A stretch of 64,000 nt of DNA from an uncultured Verrucomicrobiae bacterium (GCA_963735805.1 CAVTMK010000001.1:128001-192000); one strand, 5' to 3'; shown: positions 30,863 through 39,580, counted from the stretch's first letter. Translations and numbers: made by a program. The notes: a model not told the origin generated them from the sequence alone.

Positions 30863-31735
30863 CTAGGGAGGTCGCGGTGTGCGAGTAGGCTGCGGTGTTA
30901 AAGTTGGCACTGGCGTAGACGTTGGCGTAACAGTAGGTGAAGGTGCGGATGTGGACGAGGGGGTGGCACTCGGCGTAGGGCTACCGGCCGGAGTAGGACT
31001 AATAGTAACTATCGGAGGTGTTTCCTCCGCTCCCTCATTTCGTTCTTTTTTATAAGTGATAAGAAGCGTGGCACCCGCCACTGGAGGGATCTTTGCTTCA
31101 GCCGGACCTGCAATGACTACCTGGTTACCCACTTCCGGGAAATTTTGCGAATTAATGCCAGTGCTGGAATCGATTCGAGTCGCGGTAAGAACATTCGCGA
31201 TCACCCCAGTATTACCACCCAGGGGCACACGGACGACGCCGTGGTCGGTGCCTCCTTCTTGAGTAAAATTTATGATGTTGAGGAAGCGATCTTCAGGGAC
31301 TGGGATGTTGAGCTGCGAAGTTGTAACGATCTTGCTTTTGAATTCTCCGTCGTTTGGTTCTTTTTTGTAAGTGATAAGAAGCGTGGCACCCGCTACCGGA
31401 AGGGCCTCCGCTTGAGCCGGACCTGCAATGACCACCTGATTAGCGATTTCCGGTAAATTTTGCGAATTAATGCCCGTGCTAAAGTCGATTCGAGTCGCGC
31501 TAAGAACATTCGTGGTGCCGCCGGCATCGCCACTCAGAGTGACACGGACGACGCCGCGGTCGGTACCCCCTTCCTGAGTAAAATTTATGATCTTAAGGAA
31601 GCGATCTTCAGGGACTGGGATTGTAAGCGGTGAAGTTGTAATGACCCTGGTCTTGAATCCTGCCGCAAAAATAAAGCCAGTATTCAGGAGAAAGAAGGCA
31701 GTCAACCAACGGCTGAGATACATTTTCTTCGTCAT
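30863..31735 (-). CDS. Secreted protein with two tandem 105-aa domains and a Pro/Thr tail
   Basis: Signal peptide; internal duplication with 315-bp period. Confidence 0.8.
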   Translation of the reverse strand: MTKKMYLSRWLTAFFLLNTGFIFAAGFKTRVITTSPLTIPVPEDRFLKIINFTQEGGTDRGVVRVTLSGDAGGTTNVLSATRIDFSTGINSQNLPEIANQVVIAGPAQAEALPVAGATLLITYKKEPNDGEFKSKIVTTSQLNIPVPEDRFLNIINFTQEGGTDHGVVRVPLGGNTGVIANVLTATRIDSSTGINSQNFPEVGNQVVIAGPAEAKIPPVAGATLLITYKKERNEGAEETPPIVTISPTPAGSPTPSATPSSTSAPSPTVTPTSTPVPTLTPQPTRTPRPP

Positions 31736-31832
31736 ATACCTGGACACCGCACAAGCAAATTAGAATCGATCGTCGTCACGTCAATGGGACTGTAACCAGA
31801 GGCCAGCAGAAAAATCAGTGAGCGGTGCATAC

Positions 31833-31958
31833 ATCTAACGAGACAGAGCTCAGCCACCGCTCCCGGAGCGAGGTTGCGCCCAATTGAGAATACAGTAATC
31901 AGGATCGGGATCGACACGCAACGCCAAAGAGCGGTCGACTGGGTGCGATTAGTCAGGG
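31833..31958 (-). repeat. attC site, inverse core mutated
   Basis: Minus CCCTGAC...GGTG-GCTGAGC-TCTGTCTC-GTTAGAT. Confidence 0.75.
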
Positions 31959-32342
31959 CTCGCACTTAAATTCTCTGAACAGGCCCACATATTCGTACTG
32001 ATTGATAAGCTGGATTTCTTCGATGCAACCAAGCCGTCCTGCATGAGTGAGCTTTCGGTAAGTCCCTGATAGATTTTCGAACTCCTCGTCTAATTCAGGT
32101 GAAACCTTAAACCGAGCGGACGCACTTTCAGACTTTAGAGTAATGTCCAGCTCATAGGTGACGCCTTTGTTCTCGACGTCCAAAAGAGTGCCTTTTAAAT
32201 GTTCACCGCTACGTGTTAACGAACCCTGTGCTTGCTGGGTATGCCACGCATAGTCACTCGTAACCCAAATCAGCTTCCAGTCCTCGGCTCTTAGAGATCC
32301 AGCAAAGGACAATACCAATACGAGCGTGTATATTTTTTTCAT
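31953..32342 (-). CDS. Secreted hypothetical protein (cassette)
   Basis: MKKIYTLVLVLSFAGSLRA signal peptide; start just after GTTAGGG; stop in CCCTGAC. Confidence 0.75.
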   Translation of the reverse strand: MKKIYTLVLVLSFAGSLRAEDWKLIWVTSDYAWHTQQAQGSLTRSGEHLKGTLLDVENKGVTYELDITLKSESASARFKVSPELDEEFENLSGTYRKLTHAGRLGCIEEIQLINQYEYVGLFREFKCEP

Positions 32343-32359
32343 GCAAGCCCTAACGGGAA

Positions 32360-32433
32360 TCGAGCAGATTGGGAATCTGCGAGATGGACGGGATAGCGCG
32401 GGAGGCGAATGAGTTGGGAAGATCATGAGTCAA
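32360..32433 (+). mobile_element. 74-bp non-coding insert in the attC spacer
   Basis: TCGAGCAG...GAGTCAA; removal restores CCCTAAC-GGGAAAGA-GATAAGC-CAC. Confidence 0.65.
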
Positions 32434-32504
32434 AGAGATAAGCCACGGGTTGGGTCGGGCAATACGCTGAGCTTATTTCGGAATCGGGTCAACTTGCTTG
32501 CGAA

Positions 32505-32657
32505 TGGAGCCGCGGGACGGCAGCGACATACCTGGGCAAACCGAGAGGTCGAATAGAGCTTAACGGGGAAAGCGACATAGAAGTTAAAGCTGCGAGGGAA
32601 GAAGCGAGCGCGTTGGGAAAGGAGCGAGTTTCAAATGAGCGGGAGCGAATGAGTCAA
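32505..32657 (+). mobile_element. 153-bp non-coding insert in the attC variable region
   Basis: TGGAGCC...AGCGACATA (x2)...GAGCGGGAGCGAATGAGTCAA. Confidence 0.6.
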
Positions 32658-32733
32658 GGCTTTCGGAGTAGGCTTCATCGATTGGTTAGACCGAAGGGCA
32701 TATGGCTCCGGTCGCGAACTCTTGGTTGAGACG

Positions 32734-33222
32734 TCAGGGTTCCTTCAAGTCCACGTTATGATAAGACACTATGCTCCATTCGCCTTTGTCTTTTACGAAC
32801 ACCTCTTGCAGTCGCGTGCGAATTTTGCCATCGGCCATGCTCTTTACGCCAGGCGGCGTCCTTTGAATCCCGCTCAATTCTGTAGAGATATCGACGATTG
32901 CTACGGCAGGCCGAACGAAACGAATCTTGCTCACCGACATCGCCAGTTTACTCCCTTTGAAAATCGTTTTGAAGATTTCGGCGTGCCGATCTTCGAAGGC
33001 TCGATGGCCATAAAATACCGTTCCACGAATGTTGGTAAAGCTCCCGTCTTCAGCGAACCTCTGCGAAAAAGCCTTTGCATCGCCCACGTTCCACGCCGCA
33101 ACTTCCTCGGCGACGATCTGACGAAGGCGCGATTCATCGTCGGATGATTGCGCTGCGACAGGTAGCCCAGTGGCAATGATTAGTAAATGCGCTGAGAGGA
33201 TGCTTACTAGTTTTCTTTTCAT
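32734..33222 (-). CDS. SgcJ/EcaC-like (NTF2/DUF4440) protein (cassette)
   Basis: AWNVGDAKAFSQRFAEDGSFTNIRG...WSIVSYHN. Confidence 0.88.
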   Translation of the reverse strand: MKRKLVSILSAHLLIIATGLPVAAQSSDDESRLRQIVAEEVAAWNVGDAKAFSQRFAEDGSFTNIRGTVFYGHRAFEDRHAEIFKTIFKGSKLAMSVSKIRFVRPAVAIVDISTELSGIQRTPPGVKSMADGKIRTRLQEVFVKDKGEWSIVSYHNVDLKEP

Positions 33223-33237
33223 ACCGTGAGAATTGAG

Positions 33238-33417
33238 GTCTAACGAGAAAGAGATAAGCCACAGCTAGCGTTGAACAGCAATACGACGGGAGTGCGCGAG
33301 TTCGAAGGGACGAATCGCACTAGGGAACCCGGGCACCTGGGTGAAATCCAGGGTGCCGTGGCAAGCTTGCTCGCGCTCACTCCGTCAGGGGCTGTTGGCT
33401 TCATCGACTGGTTAGGC
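33238..33417 (-). repeat. attC site, intact (180 bp)
   Basis: Minus GCCTAAC-CAGTC-GATGAAGC-CAACAGC...GCTGTG-GCTTATC-TCTTTCTC-GTTAGAC. Confidence 0.9.
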
Positions 33418-33418
33418 G

Positions 33419-33730
33419 TCAGCGACTCCATCGTTTGCTTGATGACAAATAGGCGCATATGAGACACACCACTGCAGTGCTGATCAAAAGGGTAGCCAAC
33501 ACAACCCCCAGGTCTCCGTCCCAAGCCCTGACAAAGAGAGTTGGAACCGCCACAATGGTGAGCGTAAGCAACATTACGGGAATAGCGCTCGGGCGGGCAA
33601 AATTGATCGTCCAACCCATCCACTTTAAACGCTTCGGCACAATTACCCGCGGATCGGCCTTGCAATAATAGACGCCCCACTTCCGATTCTCCGGGTCTTT
33701 CCAATAAGCTTCGAGTTCTTCGCGTGTCAT
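33419..33730 (-). CDS. DUF5808-like membrane protein (cassette)
   Basis: WGVYYCKADPRVIVPKR...GWTINFA. Confidence 0.82.
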   Translation of the reverse strand: MTREELEAYWKDPENRKWGVYYCKADPRVIVPKRLKWMGWTINFARPSAIPVMLLTLTIVAVPTLFVRAWDGDLGVVLATLLISTAVVCLICAYLSSSKRWSR

Positions 33731-33747
33731 AATATATCCCCGCTCAC

Positions 33748-33876
33748 GTCTAACGAGACGCAAGATCAGTGACCGTGAGGCCGGCAAAACGTAACTTGCA
33801 GCGTAAGGGTAGATGGTAAACACAAACAACGTAGATCGAAACGCCGTTCGCGGTCCGCTGCATCGCGTGGTTAGAT
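33748..33876 (-). repeat. attC site, intact cores
   Basis: Minus ATCTAAC-CACGC-GATGCAGC-GGACCGCG...CACGGTC-ACTGATC-TTGCGTCTC-GTTAGAC. Confidence 0.88.
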
Positions 33877-33897
33877 GTTTTCGCTGTGGTCACTTCG

Positions 33898-34743
33898 TTA
33901 TTTCACGTCGAGGGGCTTTCGCGTCCATGCACCAAATTGAATTGGCCCCAGGATTTGACTTCCGGCAGCTACCACTTCGTCTTCTAAGCGTCTTGCGAGT
34001 GTCTTATCAGCGGTGACCCCTTTAGGTAGCGCAAGTCCCATTTGCTCGAGGCGCGGAGTGACACTAATCAGCGTATTCGCTATCCAGCGATACAGATATG
34101 AATCGTGCCCGCCGCCGGCGACCGATTCGGCAAGAACGGTGGGAAATGGCAAGCCGGCGTCGAGAAATGCCCCGGCCACGCGGCGACCGTAATCAGGTGG
34201 ATTTCCCGAACGGCGGAACGCTTCGCTGAGTAGTCCGTAAATCTCGTCCCAAAACGCGCACTGAGGGTCGCTCGAGTGAGTGTTGGCAAAATCCATTTCG
34301 TGGAACACAACAATGCCGCGAGGTTTCAAAAATTTCAGCAGACGACGGATGATGGCTCCGGGATCTTGCTGGTAAAGTAAAATGTAACGGCCGACGATTG
34401 CGTCGAACTGATCTGCGGCGTCGAACTCAGCAAGGTTGCTGGCCTCGAAGGTAACCCAGGAAGAACAGCCCTGTTTACGACTGCGCTCGCGCGCCTTCTC
34501 CAGTCCCGCGGCATCCTGGTCAACTCCCAGCACCCACCCTCCTGGTCCGACGATCTCGCCTGCCAGGAACGCTACGTCACCCATTCCTGAGCCAATCTCG
34601 AGGACGCGCATTCCTGGGCTAACTCCGGCAAATCGGAAAAACTTGTCTGTGAACGGGCGAATTATCTTGGCCTGAAATGTCAACCGTTCATATTCATACT
34701 CCGATTGACCCAGAATGTAATTGCCTTCGGTTTTCGAAGCCAT
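33898..34743 (-). CDS. Class I SAM-dependent methyltransferase (cassette)
   Basis: MRVLEIGSGMGD, FDAIVGR, LKPRG. Confidence 0.9.
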   Translation of the reverse strand: MASKTEGNYILGQSEYEYERLTFQAKIIRPFTDKFFRFAGVSPGMRVLEIGSGMGDVAFLAGEIVGPGGWVLGVDQDAAGLEKARERSRKQGCSSWVTFEASNLAEFDAADQFDAIVGRYILLYQQDPGAIIRRLLKFLKPRGIVVFHEMDFANTHSSDPQCAFWDEIYGLLSEAFRRSGNPPDYGRRVAGAFLDAGLPFPTVLAESVAGGGHDSYLYRWIANTLISVTPRLEQMGLALPKGVTADKTLARRLEDEVVAAGSQILGPIQFGAWTRKPLDVK

Positions 34744-34834
34744 CCGACTCTTCAGCTTATTCAGTTAGAGCGCCATCGTCAGCCGTTAAATTAGGGAATG
34801 ACCTTCGAGTCTTAGGTCGAATTCTGTCGAGACC

Positions 34835-34958
34835 ATCTAAGAAGACGGAGTTGAGCCACCGCTGGCAGCGGCGAGCGTGGCGAATTCTCTAAACGGTTTC
34901 GTAAAATCAAATCTGCGCACCAGGACCGCCGGCGGTTGGCTCGAGCGATTTGTTAGAC
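34835..34958 (-). repeat. attC site, core mutated to CTT
   Basis: Minus GTCTAAC-AAATC-GCTCGAGC-CAACCGC...GCGGTG-GCTCAAC-TCCGTCTT-CTTAGAT. Confidence 0.82.
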
Positions 34959-35254
34959 GCGTTCGCGGCATCGCCTTGAAGCTATCTTTCGATCGGGAGT
35001 CGCGAACTCGACAGCCTCAATGTCCAGACTGCGCTTGTAGTCATGTTCTGTGGAAATACCAATCGCAATGTCCTTCGGCGAATTCTTTGTAAAACGCTCC
35101 ATCTCTGCGTCAGCAGCGTCTTTCGCCCGGAAGACGATTGCTTTCGCGGTGATGAGCCATCGCCGCTGACTGCGGTGGCACCTTTTGGTGTCGCCGCAGT
35201 CACGTTGAACGCCAACGCAACGAACGCCGATAGGGCAATGCAGCGCGCTAGCAT
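34953..35254 (-). pseudogene. Probably frameshifted small secreted-protein cassette gene
   Basis: ATG overlaps core GTTAGATG; an alternate frame after GDGSSP runs open (KAIVFRAKD...) to the TAA in GTCTAAC. Confidence 0.55.
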
Positions 35255-35290
35255 CTAACGAGACAGAGATAAGCCACGCCTAGGGTTGAA
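35253..35290 (-). repeat. Truncated attC (L'-R' half) at the array start
   Basis: Minus GTG-GCTTATC-TCTGTCTC-GTTAGAT; no other half before the SDR stop. Confidence 0.75.
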
Positions 35291-35301
35291 CACAACATAG
35301 A

Positions 35302-36051
35302 TCACATCATCAAGTCGCCGCCGTTGATGTCGAGGGACGTGCCGGTAATGTAGCCAGCGGCTTCGGAGGCGGCGAAGCAAATCAAATCGGCGACTTCGAC
35401 CGCGGTGCCAAGGCGCGGCACGGGATAACTCGCGGCGAGACGTTCGAGCAACTCGTTCGGGGCATGTTCGCGCGTCAGCTCGGTATCGATCATACCGGGG
35501 CAGATGGCGTTCACTGTGATACCGAACTTGCCGAGCTCCTTCGCGGCGGCACGCGTCAGTCCGAGGAGTCCAGCCTTCGATGCCGTGTAGTGCGCACCAC
35601 CGAGCGTGCTCACCATCCGGCCGGCCGAAGATGAGATATTAATGATGCGGCCATAGTGCTGGGCCCGCATTGCCGGAAGAACGGTTTTCGTCATCAAGAA
35701 TGGCGCGGTAAGGTTGACCTCAATCACTTTGCGCCATTCCTCGGCGGTGAGATCGGGAAAGCGTGTCGACAGCGGAAGCGCGGCGTTGTTGACGAGGATG
35801 TCGATTCGTCCGAAGCGTTCGAGCGTGCGGCGCACAATCTCGTCGGGGACGCCGTCCGCCGCGACGTCGCCTGGCACGGCGAAGGCGCGCTCGCCGATTT
35901 CCTTCGCCAGCGCCTCGGCGCGCTCGCGGTTGCGGAGGTTCACCGCGACCGAGGCACCACGCTCGTGCAGGCGCGCTGCGGCAGCCCGTCCGAGGCCGCG
36001 CCACGCACCGGTGACGACGGCGACGCGCCCAGCAAAATCAGCGTTTTCCAT
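35302..36051 (-). CDS. SDR family oxidoreductase (FabG-like)
   Basis: VTGAWRGLG, DILVNNA, YTASK, NAICPG. Confidence 0.92.
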   Translation of the reverse strand: MENADFAGRVAVVTGAWRGLGRAAAARLHERGASVAVNLRNRERAEALAKEIGERAFAVPGDVAADGVPDEIVRRTLERFGRIDILVNNAALPLSTRFPDLTAEEWRKVIEVNLTAPFLMTKTVLPAMRAQHYGRIINISSSAGRMVSTLGGAHYTASKAGLLGLTRAAAKELGKFGITVNAICPGMIDTELTREHAPNELLERLAASYPVPRLGTAVEVADLICFAASEAAGYITGTSLDINGGDLMM

Positions 36052-36070
36052 CCGGAGAATTGTCTCCAGG

Positions 36071-39000
36071 CTAGGCTCGCACCGGCACGCTGGCGGTGCG
36101 CTCGAGTTTGCCCCAGCTTACCCAAGCGCCTTTGATTGCGCGCAGGATCGCTTTCCAGATGCAGTAACTAAGCATTGGTCGGTAAATCAGACGCATCGGT
36201 AGAATGCGCCAGGCGCGTGTGATCGGTTCGCGTTCCAGGATGCAGGCGAGCGTGGCGAGTAACACGTCCATCGCAAGAAAGGTGATGACGAATGGCAGTA
36301 CCGCGTTCCAAGCACCGAACGGGAGAGACGCGAGAAGGAACAGATCTACCATCGGGGTGATGGCTATGAGGATGATTTGGAAAAACCAAATACTGGGCAA
36401 ACTGAACCAGCCAAGCGCTCGATAGTTCCAGTTGAACACCATGTCGCGATGTTTCCAGAGGGATTGCAGCGTGCCGTAAGCCCAGCGGAACCGTTGTCGG
36501 GCAAGGGTACGCACGCTCTCGGGCGCTTCTGTCCAGGCGATGGCATCGGGCACATAAACGATCCGCTGTCGATGTCTGTGCAACGCGAGAGTGAGATCGG
36601 TGTCTTCGGCAAGGGTCTGCAAACTCAGTCCACCGGCTGCATCAATCGCATTTTTGCGGACCGCGCTAATCGCACCAGGCACGACGGTGATGCAATTCCA
36701 GCGGTTGTAAGCGCGCCGATCCAGATTAAAACCGCAGGTGTATTCCAATGCCTGACAGCGCGCGATGAATGTGCGCAGGTTCCCGACTTTCGCATGACCT
36801 GATACTGCGCCGATACGCGCGTCGGCGAATGGCTCGACCAGATATGGGAGCGTATCGCGCTGACATTGTGTGTCGGCATCGATAAAAACAATGATGCCGT
36901 GACGCGCGGCGGCGAGACCGCGCTGGAGAGCGCGGGCCTTCCCGCGATTTTCCTGTTGTAACAAGCGAACACGCGCCTCGTTCTTTGCAACGCGCTCAAC
37001 TTCCGCGGCGGTTTGGTCGCGCGACCCGTCATCCACAACGACGACTTCAATTTCGCCTCTGTAGTCCGTAGCCAGAAGCGTGCGCAGAGTTTCCGCAATT
37101 ACTTTGCCTTCGTTGTAGGCAGCGATCACCACACTGATCGGTTCCGAAAAATCTTTTCGTGGTTCCCGTCGAAAACGATAAGCGAGCCAGATGACTATCA
37201 GGGTGCGAACGACCACGAGTGCCGTTGCCACAATCATGAACGCCCAGAGGAATTCTTCGAAGCTATGGTAAACTCGAAATCCGGTTCTGCTCACCAGGCG
37301 CGTGAGAGATTGTCCATTGTTTTGCACCACCGGCATGATCGCGTCGCGGGTCGTGCCCAGTAGCGTGCTCACCGCCACCACGGTGTCGCCGCGCGTATGC
37401 AGCCAATCCAAAATGCGCGGAAGCGCTTCCACCGTCTGCGAGCGGTCGCCGCCCGCGTCATGCAGCAAAATGATGCTGCCATCGCGTCGTTGTTGTTTCA
37501 CACGCTGGACGATGATGTCCGCCCCTGGCTTCGCCCAGTCCTGTGGATCGATACTCTCCAGAACGACGAGATAATTGAGGTCTTCCGCGATTTTCAGCGG
37601 AGTCAGATCGGTCAGTTGGGTCGGACTCGAATCCGCAGCATAAGGCGGCCGGAACAACGTGGTGGCGCGACCCGTTATCGTTTCCAGTAGAAGCTGTGTT
37701 GCATTCAGTTCCAGCCGGATGTGCTCGGGCCAGCATAGGGCCAAGTTAGGATGATAATAAGTGTGGTTCCCAATCTCGTGTCCTTCATCAACAATACGCC
37801 GAACAAGCCCCGGGTAACGTTCCGCGTTCACGCCCACGAGGAAAAATGTGGCTTTGACGTTTGCTGCTTTGAGGATGTCTAAGATCTGCGGCGTCCATCG
37901 CGGATCCGGGCCGTCGTCGAAAGTGATTGCCACCTGATGCTCGCCTGCGGCGCCCTGATGATACAGCGTCGGGAATTCCGCAAACTTCGTGTATTTCGCC
38001 GTGAGGTAGCCATCAGTGTCCACGGCAAGTTTTCGCAATCCATCGGTGCGTTCCTCGTCAACAGTTACAATCTCACCGTCGCCGACGTCGGTAATTGTGT
38101 CGGTCGATTTTATCAATTCCAGTGCTTGTCGCGCTTGATTATCGAGTTTGAAATCCCGCGGAACACTTAAGGCATCCCAAATCGCAGGGTCTTCGCTGCC
38201 CAGCCGATAAAGTGCAAAGCCGCCGGCTTTTTTGTCGCGCACAGTGCGCAGTTGGTTGAGGAACGTCACTGCATCCAAAAACCAGACAGCGTGCTCCTTG
38301 CCTTCATCCTCGAAATAAAAATACGGGCTGTAGCTTGGTCCTCGTACTTCTGCGCTCTCGATTTCCGCATCGTTCGCGCGGCTCATCGCTTCTGAAAAAC
38401 TGATCATCTCGGCCTTTTTTCCGCCGATCGTCCAATCATACCCGTAACCACCCATTGCGAAGATCCATTGCTTGGTATCGGCATCTTCCAGCAAGACATT
38501 CACCCAGCCTTCAAACCAGGAGCGCGACGCCAGCGGTCCCGGCGGGTCGGTGTCGGATGTTTCGTCAAACAACATCGCTACAAAACGATCGACGTTGTCG
38601 GAGAGCGCATCGAAATCGATGTAATCCAATTCCTGGCCCGGTTGAACGCACAACCAAAGCTCCTTGTTATCGTCGTGTAATACATCGGCAAACTTGTCGA
38701 TGAACGCGGTGATGTCCTTTTTGTAAGCAGGATCGATTTGTTCCCAATCAACCACGACGCCTGCGGCTTTCGCATTGCGCAAAACAGCAAGCACCCGTTG
38801 GATAAACCGGTCCTGTCGTTGTGCCGGCCCGTGCGCAAGGTTCTCAATCGCTTCAGGCTGCCAGGTATCGCCTACGAGGTTCGTCAGCAGGGGCATCAGC
38901 GCGATGCCCTTGCTTGCGGTCAGTTTCAATAGCCGAGTGTCTCCGTCGATTTGTAAATCGCCCAAGCCATTGATTACCGTCATCCATTCGGGGCAGAGAT

Positions 39001-39421
39001 GTGTAATCTGCGCCGCGTGTTGCTCGAATGAAGCGTAGCTGTACGGATCGCCGTTCACATAGAATGCAAGGCGCACTTCGTTACTGGGCGCTTTCTTCCG
39101 CGGCCGCGCGGTGGGCGCGGCGCCGGTAAGCTTTCTTGCGGCTTGCCGCGCTGCGGAAAATTTCTGCCACAGCAGCGAACTCGGAGACAATTGCTCGGCC
39201 GGATTCTGTTTTTGCAACGCCTTCAACTGGCCTTTCAACTGTCGCAGAGAAAACGGCACATTCATTTTCGGCGCGACGAAAAGCGTCTGGACGAACACCA
39301 CCGTCGCCAGGAAAAACAGGATGCCGGCAATAAGCACCGTTAAGCGCAGGCGCGGCCAGCGCTTCCCAGTCGGATCCGAGAAAACAAACGGTGTGACTTC
39401 TTCTGGAGGGGTCCCCTGCAT
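36071..39421 (-). CDS. GH18-like + polysaccharide deacetylase + GT2 fusion protein
   Basis: TFDDGPD, HEIGNHT, FRPPY, LLHD; AYNE, VDDGS, DADT, AEDTD, QRFRW. Confidence 0.92.
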   Translation of the reverse strand: MQGTPPEEVTPFVFSDPTGKRWPRLRLTVLIAGILFFLATVVFVQTLFVAPKMNVPFSLRQLKGQLKALQKQNPAEQLSPSSLLWQKFSAARQAARKLTGAAPTARPRKKAPSNEVRLAFYVNGDPYSYASFEQHAAQITHLCPEWMTVINGLGDLQIDGDTRLLKLTASKGIALMPLLTNLVGDTWQPEAIENLAHGPAQRQDRFIQRVLAVLRNAKAAGVVVDWEQIDPAYKKDITAFIDKFADVLHDDNKELWLCVQPGQELDYIDFDALSDNVDRFVAMLFDETSDTDPPGPLASRSWFEGWVNVLLEDADTKQWIFAMGGYGYDWTIGGKKAEMISFSEAMSRANDAEIESAEVRGPSYSPYFYFEDEGKEHAVWFLDAVTFLNQLRTVRDKKAGGFALYRLGSEDPAIWDALSVPRDFKLDNQARQALELIKSTDTITDVGDGEIVTVDEERTDGLRKLAVDTDGYLTAKYTKFAEFPTLYHQGAAGEHQVAITFDDGPDPRWTPQILDILKAANVKATFFLVGVNAERYPGLVRRIVDEGHEIGNHTYYHPNLALCWPEHIRLELNATQLLLETITGRATTLFRPPYAADSSPTQLTDLTPLKIAEDLNYLVVLESIDPQDWAKPGADIIVQRVKQQRRDGSIILLHDAGGDRSQTVEALPRILDWLHTRGDTVVAVSTLLGTTRDAIMPVVQNNGQSLTRLVSRTGFRVYHSFEEFLWAFMIVATALVVVRTLIVIWLAYRFRREPRKDFSEPISVVIAAYNEGKVIAETLRTLLATDYRGEIEVVVVDDGSRDQTAAEVERVAKNEARVRLLQQENRGKARALQRGLAAARHGIIVFIDADTQCQRDTLPYLVEPFADARIGAVSGHAKVGNLRTFIARCQALEYTCGFNLDRRAYNRWNCITVVPGAISAVRKNAIDAAGGLSLQTLAEDTDLTLALHRHRQRIVYVPDAIAWTEAPESVRTLARQRFRWAYGTLQSLWKHRDMVFNWNYRALGWFSLPSIWFFQIILIAITPMVDLFLLASLPFGAWNAVLPFVITFLAMDVLLATLACILEREPITRAWRILPMRLIYRPMLSYCIWKAILRAIKGAWVSWGKLERTASVPVRA

Positions 39422-39481
39422 GTGGTGCTTACAATCGCTCAGGCGCAAAAATAAGGAAATCCGATTCTGTCATTCGAAGTT

Positions 39482-39556
39482 TGTCATTCCGACCGAAGTG
39501 GAGGAATCTCTCAGATTAAATTCCAAAGAGCTGTCTCGACTTCACTCGATATGACA
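39482..39556. repeat. GTCATTCCGA-type palindromic REP-like element
   Basis: TGTCATTCCGACCGAAGTGGAGGAATCTC...CTCGACTTCACTCGATATGACA; sister copy at 42011. Confidence 0.8.
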
Positions 39557-39580
39557 GGTGGGGTTGCGTGTTAAACACTG

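Larger units (their letters stand above)
32348..32691 (-). repeat. attC site expanded to 344 bp by two insertions
   Basis: Minus GTCTAAC-CAATC-GATGAAGC...GCTTATC...GTTAGGG; 117 bp once the inserts are removed. Confidence 0.8.

Noticed and set aside
32348..32691. Group IIC-attC intron or autonomous IS in the attC
   Set aside because: The inserts are only 74 and 153 bp, with no reverse transcriptase or transposase ORF
33240..33704. ORFs reading through attC sites (PNQSMKPTAP, PKHAMEPTASRR and similar)
   Set aside because: They are translations of the attC repeat, not genes
25991..35290. CRISPR array or toxin-immunity repeat locus
   Set aside because: The repeats are long, variable imperfect palindromes separated by whole genes; no cas genes or toxin domains seen
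4892..36051. Genomic island integrated at tRNA-Leu(CAA)
   Set aside because: No integrase and no duplicated tRNA 3' end noticed; core-like genes such as amtB lie inside
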